Assembly (NCBI RefSeq): GCF_964355755.1 | Contig: NC_092674.1 | Span: forward strand, 13,392,001 to 13,456,000 | DNA: 64,000 nt | From: Antedon mediterranea | Taxonomy: Eukaryota > Animalia > Echinodermata | Reading direction: 5' to 3' | The notes under the pieces: generated by a model | Seen by the model: only the letters and a program-made list of their open reading frames with translations | The model's database searches: none | Told to the model about the DNA's origin: nothing | Made by a program: the position numbers and the translations under genes | Shown: positions 50,150 through 62,270 of the stretch, piece after piece | Numbering within the stretch: the first letter of the stretch is position 1 | Layout: each line of letters starts with the position of its first letter

Positions 50150-50660
50150 TAATGTCACTCTTCCGTGACTTAAAAACCTAAAATATCTTTGACATAAACA
50201 AATTACAGACATCCCTTTTCATGTATCGACTTAACAATAAAAAGAATTCTTTCTAAAGAATAATGAGCTGCACAGCTAAAATACCCGAAATGTAAATGTG
50301 TCCAATCCAACTCAGCCGAAACTTTCTAAAATCAATCATTCAACAGGACCCGTACTATGGGACTCCCTTAACAAGTTTAGTTACTTGACCATACTTGTAC
50401 TTTTATCACATTTAAATATAAATTCAAAAATACCTAATATCACAATAAAACCAATATTTCAACTCAGCTTTTATCCTTTGTCTCTGTAACCCATATTTGT
50501 TCCTGTATATTGATCCACATTTTACTAATAATGTCTTTCCTGATGGAACCAATATAAAAGCTCTTTGAGCTTATTTGGTCCCTTAGAAAATGACAAAACT
50601 ATTTACTGTATTATGTTTATCATACTTATAAATATTGCTTTGTTCGAATAAAAGAAACTT
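50150..50660 (+). mobile_element. Old CR1/L2-group LINE 3' remnant
   Basis: Degenerate peptide STGPVLWDSL...TFKYKFKN typical of the ORF2 end, then a 3' UTR stem AAAAGCTC-TTT-GAGCTT and AATAAA. Boundaries approximate. Confidence 0.45.
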
Positions 50661-51589
50661 TTTAAACAAATTAAACCGGTTTAAAATTAAAATTGGTAAC
50701 AATCTGAAACAGATATGATACAATGGGACTAGTGCAGACCATCGGTGCTAATAATGGAGCTATACAACAAAAGTAAAGTAAAACTCTTTACTAATTGATT
50801 TGTTAAAATTATTTTACATAATATGCTATTTTAGCTATAACGCTAATTTAGAAAATGACTCTTTGGTTCATTCAATGTATTCACCAAAGTCCCGCACTGT
50901 ATCTTGTTTGATAAATGACACTGTAGTTGGGATTATAATTCATTACATGATACAAATACGCATTTTTGTTATAATTTTCTACATAGGCTTGGGAGGAAGA
51001 CTGTTTTGTTTTTAGCTGTAGACTTGCAGTGTGGATCTGGAATATTAACTTCTTTTGTGAAATCGTTTGCTGCTTACACGGGGTTGCGATTCATCAAGGC
51101 GGCAGCGAACATTGCTGTTTTCATCACTGCCTTTGTTATAGGTAGGGTATTTATATATAGATATGCATAATCTTCGCTCAGTGCAGACCACCTAATTATA
51201 TTATATATTGTAATTATTTAGATAATTATGGTAGATCGAGTTTATTGTATTTCCAACAAAGATCGACACAATAACATCTTGAAATAGTAGCTTGATGCTA
51301 AACATTGCTCTGCCTTACCTTTCTTTAGTCGATGTCTTTCGCGAAAGACAACAACAATAGTTTTACATTACATTCATGTGAATAATGGACGAACAAATCA
51401 CCTTGTTTGATCCAATCATTAATCAAGTGCTTCACTCGTTCAGTGCCCACCTTAACCAGATGAGACGCATACACCAATACGTCTGAACAGGGGCTGCCAT
51501 AAGTGTCAGCAGTTATGATTTCAAATGCCTAATGGAACCAAGCTTCATATATACATTATATACAGCACCCGATATTCCAAGATTATTGT

Positions 51590-51671
51590 CAAAGCAATAA
51601 CCGGACCAAACGTTGCTTAACTTCGGCCACCTGGCGAGAACCAATGTTTCAACGTGGTAAAGCCGTATGCC
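51590..51671 (-). pseudogene. 5S rRNA-derived fragment (SINE head or pseudogene)
   Basis: Minus strand GGCATACGGCTTTACCACGTTGAAACATTGGTTCTCGCCAGGTGGCCGAAGTTAAGCAACG...GGTTA; 3' third missing. Confidence 0.7.
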
Positions 51672-54600
51672 TACATTCATTATGCTTTAACGCTGACGAA
51701 AACTATAAATATAAACAATAGTTACTTTATTTCCGGAGCAACCCTTTAAAAGTTTAATGTAAGTATACTAAATGCCAATTTACACAAACGATCGTTAACG
51801 GTAAGCGGAAAACAAAAATAGCCTATATAGAATCATGTTATTTCGTATGACCTTTTACAAAACAAGGAGCGATTGAGTGGAAACCCGCTCATGATAGATA
51901 CAAATTCTACCTGGGACAAGCACAAGGTTTTCCACCTACCACTAACCGCTCGAATCGTCTGTATAAATTGCCTTTAAACTGTACTAAAATACACTATAAT
52001 AATGGTAATCATAGTTTATCGATTACGATTATTATTATTATTACGATTTACTATCGATTCTCTTTAGGTACCGAGACTGTCGGTATTTCCAAACGAACAT
52101 ATGCTGGACTTGTTATCGAATTCTTCTTTGCATTTGGTCTAATAATCATGGCAGGACTTGCATACTTTATCCGTGAACTTTACAGCTTGTGGCTAGTGTT
52201 CCTGGGCTATTATATTTTCTTTATATACCGTAAGAGAAAGTTACCAAAACACTGTATAAATACCGTAACACTTTTTGCATATTTTATTTTATTGTTTTAT
52301 TCTCAAATATTCAAGTCCATAACAGGAGTTTTGCCTTTCCTTTGTAATTATTATAAATAATACAACAAAAAGAGTGAAAGTAAATTGAAGTGATTAACAT
52401 ATTTTTTTCATTCATTTATTTGGCACTTTGACCAGTGTAACGGTAAAACATGTATGAACATGTTAAAAGCTATCAAATACGCTAAATTAATAAATACATT
52501 ATTGTTTTGTTAAACTAAAACAAGGCCTATATTTTAAAATTATAGGCCTAATAGAAAATTATTTTAGTTTTTAACAAAACAATAATTAATGCATTCGCTC
52601 AAATTCTTGACCGAAATTACTCTCTTTAAATACGAATAATCTCTCTTTTTCAAGATTTTTCCCAGAATCAGCACGGTGGTTGATTTCTCAAAAAAGATAT
52701 GATGAAGCAAAGAAGATAACTGAGAAGGCAGCAACTGTAAACAACGTTAATTTGCCAACAGATTTTCACTTTTCTGAACACACTGTACGTATAATAGTTA
52801 TTACATATAATCAGGTATACGAAACGTTATCTAATATTTCTTAATTTTAAAACAATGATTGTTTATATTATTGAAAATTTCCAGTAATAATAATATTCAT
52901 TCACATACAAGATTTTATTGGTTTTTCCTGATGGTAAAACAATTACAATATATGCAGAGATTTCAACAACGAACGGATTTAAAGAGGCATAGAGACATTA
53001 CAAACCACCAGAGTTGAATACTGGAATTAATTTATAAACGGTGAAGATGTATATGTATCTTATCCCGTATCTTTTTAAAAGTCAACATGGGCACATTTAT
53101 CTTATTTCTTGGTTCTGGTATTCCTTGATAGAAAAACGATAAAAATACGAAGATAAAAATGTATACACCTACACACGAAACAAGGGTATTTTATTAAGTT
53201 ATCAACATCAAAAGAAATGTATGTTTCCTAAATTTAAACGCACCTTTCTATTTTGCGGTAAAAGCTTCTTAGATATTTTGACTAGGATGTAATTATTTTT
53301 AAGTTATAACATTTCTTCTATTCACTTGCTGAACTTTTATATTTTCAGGGTAAACCATCTTCACTCATGTCGTTTCTTGATTTATTTAGACCATGGCCAG
53401 TTTGTAAGAGAACGTTTAATGTTATGTTATGCTGGTAAGTTATGCTTATAATATGTTTTACCTGATGTGTACGGATTTTTTTTTAGGAAACACTAAACGT
53501 CTACACAAGCAAACTTTTCATTTTGTTTACTGCATGGTGACAAAAACTTAAGGAACCTCAGGAAACTTCTGAAAAATAAAATTTTGTCTCCACTTCCCTA
53601 AAGCATATTCTACACTAGCATAATTAACTTAACAATTTGCAGATGTTTTTATGTCTGTTGGACACTAGTTACTAGAGGCTTTTGACGACCTAACTTCTCC
53701 AAACTAAATAGTTTTCTATAGTTTTGTCAAGTTTTCCGCTAACAGACATTGGAAAACTTCCTTTTTCAAACTCAAAATTGGCAAACTAAAGCTGTCTAAT
53801 ACCTTAGCATCTACCATTGCTTGGTGAATTTTGTTTGCCTGCTGTTATTGGAGTCTGTCTTTTTGCAGGCCTTCTTGAAACGATGGTTGTCAGCAGTTTT
53901 CCAAAATCAAGTTTGAAAACTAGAGTTTGCTAGAAGATAGACTAGGCTGATTATCAATAGCGTGTTAGTATTATTCAATAGTTACCATACGTCAAAGGCG
54001 ACAATATATTTAAATTTTATCAATACTGTGACTATTTTTAATAATAATAATTGTTTAAATATTTAAATATTGTTTTTTTTAAGGATTGCTGTTAATATCT
54101 CCTACTTTGGCCTCTCTCTGAGTACTTCTGATTTTGGCGTTAATCATTACATATCTTTTCTTGTATCTGGTGCTACCGAGATACCTGCCTATGCATTGAG
54201 TATTGTAGCTCTGAACTATTTTGGACGCAGACGATCTTTATCAGCAACACTGTTACTCGGTGGCGTTGCTTGTTTACTAACTATTTTTATTCGTAAGTAA
54301 AAAACAACACCAATAACGATAATAATGATAATAATAAAAAAATTTATAATCCTTCATATTTCAAATCAAATGCTCATAGCTGCAGTACATACATGTTAAA
54401 AAATGATTAAAACAAGTTAAAATTCCATAAAGGTCTACGACAACTAGTGATACTAAGGTAATTAAACTGTTTGTTTAAAGGATTTGGTATTTGCTTCCAT
54501 AGTCAAATACAGAATTAGCTTTCGAAAGTATTACCTTTCGAATTCCAACGTAAAAACTTACATGGACACCTTTCAGTAGTTTTAATATACTACATTATTA

Positions 54601-56764
54601 TAAGAATGAGGACAGTAACATTTCAGCACATTACTTGTCCTAATAGAAGTCTATGTAATTTAAACAAGTCATCAATAGATAATAAGTCTATCACTTTCAA
54701 TCTATACAAATAAGATGTGTCACAGGAACCTTTCTAAACATCATTATCCTTGTTGCTTTCCTTTGTATACCGGTACTTTCTATTCTATTAATTAACTTCT
54801 CATGGTGCCCACATTGACGATCTTGTTGTACGCGGTATAGTAAACTTCTCCATAACATTCTCCAGCTGTCCAAGTCTGATGGAACTCTAAACAGTATAGT
54901 ATCATCTGATGATCTAAGTGAGCAAGCTGGTTGATACGATACAAGATTCTACTCAAATAATAATTTGGAGCAATATTCTGTCGTGCTTTAAATGTGGTTA
55001 TGAGTAATTCATACTTAATCCTGCGATGAACTGGTAGCCAATGAAGAAGATCTATGAATTAAAAGTTCCTATTAATTATTGGTGATTCGTACTAGAATCA
55101 CCTATTGATTTTTTTATGAATAAATATAGTAAGACATCGCAGTGTTTTGTTTATACCAATAATTGACTTTGTAATATATTTTTTATTTTGTTGAAAAGCA
55201 ATGGGAATAGGATGACTGACAGTAGCGATTGTAGGAGATTTTGGAGTAACCGCTGCATTCGGTATTATATTTTTCTATACTGCAGAGCTGTATCCAACTA
55301 AGATACGGTTAGAAATATAATATTCTCCTATTTAGTGGTTATAGCTAGTCTAGTTCAATTGATAAAAGTTAAATGCTGTGTTAAACGAGCAACTGTAATA
55401 TTATAATAATTATAATTGTATATTCGACGTCCTGAGGTGGTGAGGACTTAAAGCACATCATCTTTTTACTCCCCTATTCACTATCATCAAACTCATACAG
55501 AATAAAACAATGATTCTCGCTGATGATTATTTTATTTTGACATTATAAACTCATTAGTTTTTTTTATTGTAATGTTGATGTGTTCTTTATCCATTCCATC
55601 TTCATTATGATGATGGCGTTATTGAATAAATGTATCTAGTTGTCAAACTTACCGACTGCTTTATTCATTTGGCAATAGGTCAGTTGCTGTTGGTATTTGT
55701 TCAACATCTGGTCGGATTGGAGCCATCCTATCACCATATATTCTCCACCTGTCAAGGTATTGGGCACCACTTGCAATGTAAACATTTAGTGTATTAGCTA
55801 TTTCATCTGGAGTACTTGTTTTACTTTTACCCGAAACTGCCAATAGAAAGTTACCAGATACAATGGATGAAGTCACAGAACTTAAAATGTAAGGGTTTGT
55901 TTGTAAATGTTTCAAAATTTGCATTCAGAATGTACTAATAAACCGCAGTCATTGAAATATAATGGGTTCAGTAAGATGTCTAATCTATCAAGGCACGAAT
56001 TATGATTATTATGTGTAATTTGTTGTTTTTTGTAATTATAAAGTTAATATTTGCATCAATTGTTGTCAGCGCTAGTAAGAGCATGTTGCTTTGGTAGGTG
56101 TCTCTGTGTGTGTGGTTTATCTTCTTTCTAAGTTTATAGCATCGTTTCGACCAGGGAAGACGTGTAGACGTATGCTAATGTTACAGGAATACGATCACTT
56201 TTGAATTTTATGGTCTGAACAAACATGTTAAAACGTAAAATAGCTATTTTATGTTAAACTAACCAGCCGTACCTTGAGTGTATTTGTATAATTTCTTTCA
56301 CTTTATTTTCTACACTATTTAATGTCGATTAATGATAATATTAACGTTTTATCATTTATTTTCAGATCTGTGACAAAATTATCGTCAGCAGAATTAGGAG
56401 AAAAAGAAGCTATGACATAAACAACATTGATATCATGAGAAACGTTACACCAACGTACCATGATAGACTTCCGTAAAAACGTGAAAAAACAGCAGTTCCA
56501 AAAAAAAAAATAATCCAGTCTCCTTTGGCTTGCTCATAAAAGCAATTGGGATGATAAGGGTTATTAAATACTCAACGCTATTACACTTTTTAATCAACAT
56601 TATGATGTTGATTTGTATCAGTACTTCTAGAATTTTTATAGAATACTAGTATATCAACGTATACCAACAAATTAATGAAAATCCTTATAATAGGTAACTA
56701 AACGCATTTCATCAACTGGTTGAAAGTATTTTACACGATTTAAATTTAGACTTTGTATAGCATT

Positions 56765-56852
56765 ATTTAATTTTCTAAAAAGGCGAATTGATGCCTATTC
56801 TAATGGAATAACATGAGAATAGGCAGCAATTCGCCTTTTTAGAAAATTAAAT
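56765..56852. repeat. 88-bp near-perfect palindrome
   Basis: ATTTAATTTTCTAAAAAGGCGAATTGATGCCTATTCT pairs with AGAATAGGCAGCAATTCGCCTTTTTAGAAAATTAAAT with one mismatch. Confidence 0.85.
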
Positions 56853-57790
56853 TTCAAATTTATAAAAATGTAGGCCTATTTAGAGTATTGGAAAAAATAA
56901 ACAAATTAGCCAATTATTGAATTGTTAATGATAATACAATGTATAATTGTTATTGATGTACATACCGTATATTTTATTTTAATGTATGGATGATGTTGCA
57001 TGGGAAACTTTGTATTAACAGAAAAAGCCATAGCATCAAAATATGAAAATAAACAAAACAAAACATCATTTTTTTTACTGATATGTAACAGTGATATACT
57101 AATTCTAAGTAAGTTATGATGTACTGAAATTGAAATAAAGTTTAGAGAGTGAATCTCACAAAAAGACAAACAACTACAGCCAGTAATTTGTTTTCTTCCA
57201 AAATACTTATAAGTAAGCTTTTAAAACTAATTTGAATACATCATATTAAATATTAAAAAGTGTTTCTAAGATCCACGCGTAGGCTCGCTATTTATTTATT
57301 ACAGGCATAGAAATAAATTATATATATATATTAAATAGCCTATATAAATGCGTGAACGTGATTGGTTGAGTACGATGATATTGACTGAGTAATTGTCGAG
57401 TAATTATCGTGTCCCTGTCATTAAACATATATAAAATCCAGCAAATTCTCGAGTACGATGATATTGACTGTGTACTTTTTGTGTGGCAACACTCGCGTTT
57501 GGCGATAAATAAGTTAATAAAAGTAATAAAAGTCATCTACTGGGACTTGAACTCGCGATGAATTGTAACTCCATCACGCAACTTGCTTGAAGAAATTAAT
57601 CAACTAAACTATTTAAACTATTCATACATAGCGCCCTCGCTTAGTTATTAGTCCTCTCTAGATGTGACCTGATAATAATATTATTATGTATGCTTATTGA
57701 TGAAAATTATTCTGTTAATTTAAACGGCCTAGGCCTAAGTGAATATTTTATTGCCAAGGAATCATTAATTAGTAATTATCTGTATATTAT

Positions 57791-57863
57791 TCTTCAGTGG
57801 TCTATTGGTTAGGACATATGCATTTCAATCAGAAGGTTCCGGGTTCGAATCTCGGTTGGGGCG
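57791..57863 (+). pseudogene. tRNA-Glu(TTC)-like pseudogene or SINE head
   Basis: Box A TGGTCTATTGGTTAGG, TTC at the anticodon position, T arm CCGGGTTCGAATCTCGG, T5 run just downstream. The anticodon stem is broken and the acceptor stem is GU-rich. Confidence 0.6.
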
Positions 57864-58669
57864 ACTTTTTCTCCTTCTCACAGATTTCCTCATCTTCAAA
57901 TTAATTAATTAAATTTCAGTATATCACGGTATAGTATTTATTCTGTGCCTGTGGTGTTTAAAATATATATATACTATATATCCCTGTTCATACTGTACAT
58001 GTTGACTTTATATTTGTAGTAGAATAAATTAACTTTTATATTCGTTTGTAAAGTGAAAATGTTATTGACTTTATACGGTCATTTTTCGCAAAGGTAAGGT
58101 GAATTAGGCAGTCTTATTACTTAGGCTAGCCGACCCATACACTTTGCTACATTTTTTAATATAGCAGATGTAATATATAGTTCATCGAGACAAATATCAT
58201 TCCCTCAGAGATGTCAATTGTTATATTTCACCTCTAAAAAAGTAGGCAATATCTGTATAATATAAACATTTGCAGTAGAGCAGAATCAGTGTCGTGAAAT
58301 AAACCTTTATTTTTAAAAGTAATGCTAAAGGAATATGTTGTAGTATAAGATAGGAATTCATCAAAATTGACTATACATAATTATGTAAAATTGAGGCATT
58401 TTTCTTTTTAAAAAAAGTATATAAATATAAATCAAAAGAAAAATCAATTTAACACAATTTAAAAATACCATTTTATTAAAAATTATTACCCAGTTAAATG
58501 TGTGTAAGTCATTGAATCAAAATTAGTAAAATTCCAATCTTATAACATTATGAAAAAGGTGTAGCATCACATTATAATACTTTGTTTTTAGATTTTCAGT
58601 GTAAAAAAGTAAGTAAGAATCCGTATCATTGTATATTTATTATATATTTTTTTAAATATTTTTTTTTAG

Positions 58670-59216
58670 TTAAATAAACTTGAAGTTGCAAGATTGAAGG
58701 AATTCAATTTAAGTGCTGGTGTAATACAGATATGGTGGAGGAAAATCCTGGCAACCAAAAGTAAACAAGAGGTCAAACAGGTATTGATTGTAATAGTGTT
58801 TTGCCAAATATCTTGCAGGCATCATGCTGTTACCAAACCAAGCCACAGAAGGCTATTTTAACATTGAATTACATCTTAACTTTTATTCATTTTAAAATTT
58901 TTAAAATTAAACTAAATGTGTTTATGTACTGTTAGATGCTCAGTCACTGATTGATATGTTGTAGGTTTTAGAGGCTGGAAGGTGAGAGAAGATGTAAAGA
59001 AACGACATGAGGCAGCACGTGTCATACACTATGCTATGATGCTGAGTCACTTATTAGAATTGATGTGTTGTATGTTTTAGAGGCTGGAAGGTGAGAGAAG
59101 ATGTAAAGAGACGACATGAGGCAGCACGTGTCATACAGTATGCTATGAGTGGATATTCAATTCGTTTACATCAACGCAAGTTAGAGGAACAACTAAATGA
59201 AGTAGATTCAGACGAG
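58670..59216 (+). pseudogene. Decayed IQ-motif exons resembling an unconventional myosin neck
   Basis: After a T-tract AG: LNKLEVARLKEFNLSAGVIQIWWRKILA. Then HHAVTK..QA (58819-58845, frameshifted) and FRGWKVREDVKRRHEAARVIQYAMSGYSIR...DSDE|GTAGG. The last exon is disrupted by a ~105-bp tandem duplication. Confidence 0.55.
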
Positions 59217-61024
59217 GTAGGCCTTTACTTAAAACTCTCAATTCTCAATCTACGCTGCACCAACATACTTTACCAAGTGAAGTATGTTCCTTCATCCTCA
59301 TGTACTTTAATGATGTTGAATTAACACATCATCATTGATATGTATTGAGTTATAAAACTAAAAATGTTGAATCGAGAATATTTAATTTACTGAGAGATCA
59401 GTTAATTTTTAACTCATGAAATATTCTCACTATTCAAATCATAAACATTTAGTTTATGGTGTTTATACCAATCTAATACTTTTTTTTTCTTGATACAATT
59501 TAACATTTATTTTTACCAGTTTGTTGATTTGCTGAGCACCTGAATATAAAAAGTGTTACAGAAGAGAAGCCTGTAAATCAAGGAACCATCATTAACAAGT
59601 TTGTGTAAGTTGCAACCACTCCTGCAGTTAATATAGCTTTTGGTATTGTGTTACTTGGTTTGTTGTAAGTATGTTAATCCAGGAACTACCACCAGTATCA
59701 AGGTTGTGTCAAATGCCGCAAATTGTCTACTATATAAATGTTGAAAGAAAAATGAATATTGACACAATTTTTTACATGCGTGTGCTGTCTTACCAATTTT
59801 TATTCACAATACAAACAATAATAGTCTTTGTGAAGCTCTTTCAGCTTTGATTTGGTTTTCACGCATGAGTAAACTTTATGAAAATGAAATTATCCTAATA
59901 TTAAATTTTATTATAAACAAATCATGTAAAACTAACAATGTAAAACTAAGTATGTAATTTCAGTAAATAACAATTATTCTCAGGAATATGATTTAATTTT
60001 GTGATTTTTATGTCCCATGCATTTAGGATCAATTGAAGATTATAATGTTGTTTTTTTTTTCTATTAAATTCTTTTTATTAACCCTATTGGTCGCGTTGAG
60101 ATTTTAAAAATGCAATACAAAAAAGTTAACAATATTGTATATCATTTATCATTTATTAAAATAGAATATGAAATATGTATTTATTTAGTAACTCTACTAA
60201 TAAATGTATATTTTTTAAGTTTAAATCAACAGCATGCATACACCACAACATTGTACTTTATCTTTACAAGAGTTATCTTGTAAATATAAATTTACAATTT
60301 TAGTTAGCAATTATTAATGTCATTTCCATTCCTTAAACCATTTTAAGTAAGAACTGTTCCCCTCACTATAATTAATGACAATATTTACAAATATCTTAAT
60401 AATGTTCTCTCTCCTTGTAATGTTGCGTCAGTTGAGTCGATTATTGAACAAAAAAAGGTTTTATTTTAAATTACCCTACTTACAGTTTGCCAAATGCGCA
60501 CAATAAAGAATCGATTACACGTAAATATTAAAAAAGAGTTAATATTAAACTAGCATTCAAATCATTTAAAATGTCAAACTTTTTTAGTCAAGACATTTTA
60601 AGGGAGTTTGCCTATTTATCAAATGCCTCACAAACGTTATTTTAACTCAAAGGTTTGGAGGAATTATTCATAATTTATCTAACATATTTTTCCTAGAAAA
60701 CACATCATGCTAATATTGGATGTGATTGACTGATTGGAGGCATCTGTACGGTCAGTAAAAATATCTTATTTTTGTGATGAATGGGGAGAAAGGACCATTC
60801 TGTTTTAGGTTTTCAGAAGCCTGTTGATCGTCACACACACTAGACAGCAGCTGATTAGAATTCTGATTAAAAATTATTTCAAAACGTGTGGTTTTATAAT
60901 CCCAAGTTATACCAAGTACGCCTTCTAATCATAATAATATTTATAATCATAATATTGATGCTTATGATGCACACTATATATCATTGGCAGAGTTTAATGT
61001 GTCAAGACATCAAAATAAACAATG

Positions 61025-61606
61025 CAAATAATGTAGGATAATTCAGTCCCTCTAATGGAATTCAACAACAAATAATTTAGGATAATTCAGTCCCTCTAAT
61101 TGAATTCAACAACAAACAATTTAGGATAATTCAGTCCCTCTAATTGAATTCAACAACAAATAATTTAGGATAATTCAGTCCCTCTAATTGAATTCAACAA
61201 CAAATAATTTAGGATAAGTCAGTCCCTCTAATTGAATTCAACAACAAATAATTTAGGATAATTCAGTCCCTCTAATTCAATTAAACAACAAATAATTTAG
61301 GATAATTCAGTCCCTCTAATTGAATTCAACAACAAATAATTTAGGATAATTCAGTTCCTCTAATTGAATTCAACAACAAATAATTTAGGATAATTCAGTC
61401 CCTCTAATTGAATTCAACAACAAATAGTTTAGGATAATTCAGTCCCTCTAATTGAATTCAACAACAAATAATTTAGGATAATTCAGTCCCTCTAATTGAA
61501 TTCAACAACAAATAATTTAGGATAATTCAGTCCCTCTAATTAAATTCAACAACACATCATTTAGGATAATTCAGTCCCTCTAATTGAATTCAACAACAAA
61601 TAATTT
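61025..61606. repeat. 44-bp minisatellite, 13 full units
   Basis: AGGATAATTCAGTCCCTCTAATTGAATTCAACAACAAATAATTT starts at 61035, 61079, 61123 ... 61563; head-to-tail with no spacers. Confidence 0.95.
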
Positions 61607-62270
61607 CATGAGATGAAAATGTGTTCCTTTGTTCCCATTGCACAAATATAATACATTTGTTTTATTAACAATTTGATTGGACGATTGTGGGTCATATGAC
61701 ATTAACTAAATGTACTACAGTATGGTACTGAAATTCAGTTTTATGAATTTATTTTTGTTAGAGAGAGATTGAGCAACCACACGCTTGAGAAGAGTCCAGG
61801 CTGTTGATTGATTAAGTAACCTGTAGAGGCCTGCAGTCTATTTGTTCAACTCCATGTCCAAAATTGGAATACTGCCTTTTTGAATGGCAACATTATATTT
61901 TGTTATGATTTAACCAGATACAAAAATACATACAAATATAACAATATTTTGTCATTCACATACCTGACATCTCATGATGTCAGGTACGTGACCTATGTTA
62001 AAGTACTTGTATTACTTTGGTCTATTAAAACATAGTTGTATCTTGCACTTCTAATAACATTATTTCAATAGGTCTTCTATATTGTCCTTTATTAACTATG
62101 TATCTCCTATTGTTCATACAAATTGTTTATTTGTTGAACTGAGTTACCATATAGCTGCAGTTTATACGGTCTACTGTAGGTTTTGAATAGACACTTTAGA
62201 CTGTTTCTAGAAATTCTACAATATCCATTCTCAACTTCCATCAAGGCTTTTACAACTTCCTCTCGTTGGT

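Larger units (their letters stand above)
46837..56420 (+). pseudogene. SLC22 family (organic cation transporter-like, MFS) unprocessed pseudogene
   Basis: Exons 46837-47247, 49735-49838, 50987-51141, 52068-52229, 52655-52784, 53349-53434, 54084-54292, 55199-55307, 55679-55888, 56366-56420. Motifs MDFDDVLKLLGDFGRYQ, STII.xFDLVC, ADKLGRK, PESARWL, FGRR, AELYPT, LPET. Stops at 47224, 47245, 55213 and 55779; frameshifting deletion in exon 4 after IRE. Confidence 0.9.

Noticed and set aside
47224-55781. Stop-codon recoding (selenocysteine or readthrough) in SLC22
   Set aside because: The stops are mixed TAA, TAG and TGA and come with a frameshift; pseudogenisation is the simpler explanation.
57791-57863. 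Functional tRNA-Glu gene
   Set aside because: The anticodon stem does not pair and the acceptor stem has several GU pairs or mismatches.
61025-61606. CRISPR-like array
   Set aside because: Units are contiguous with no unique spacers, there are no cas genes, and the context is eukaryotic.
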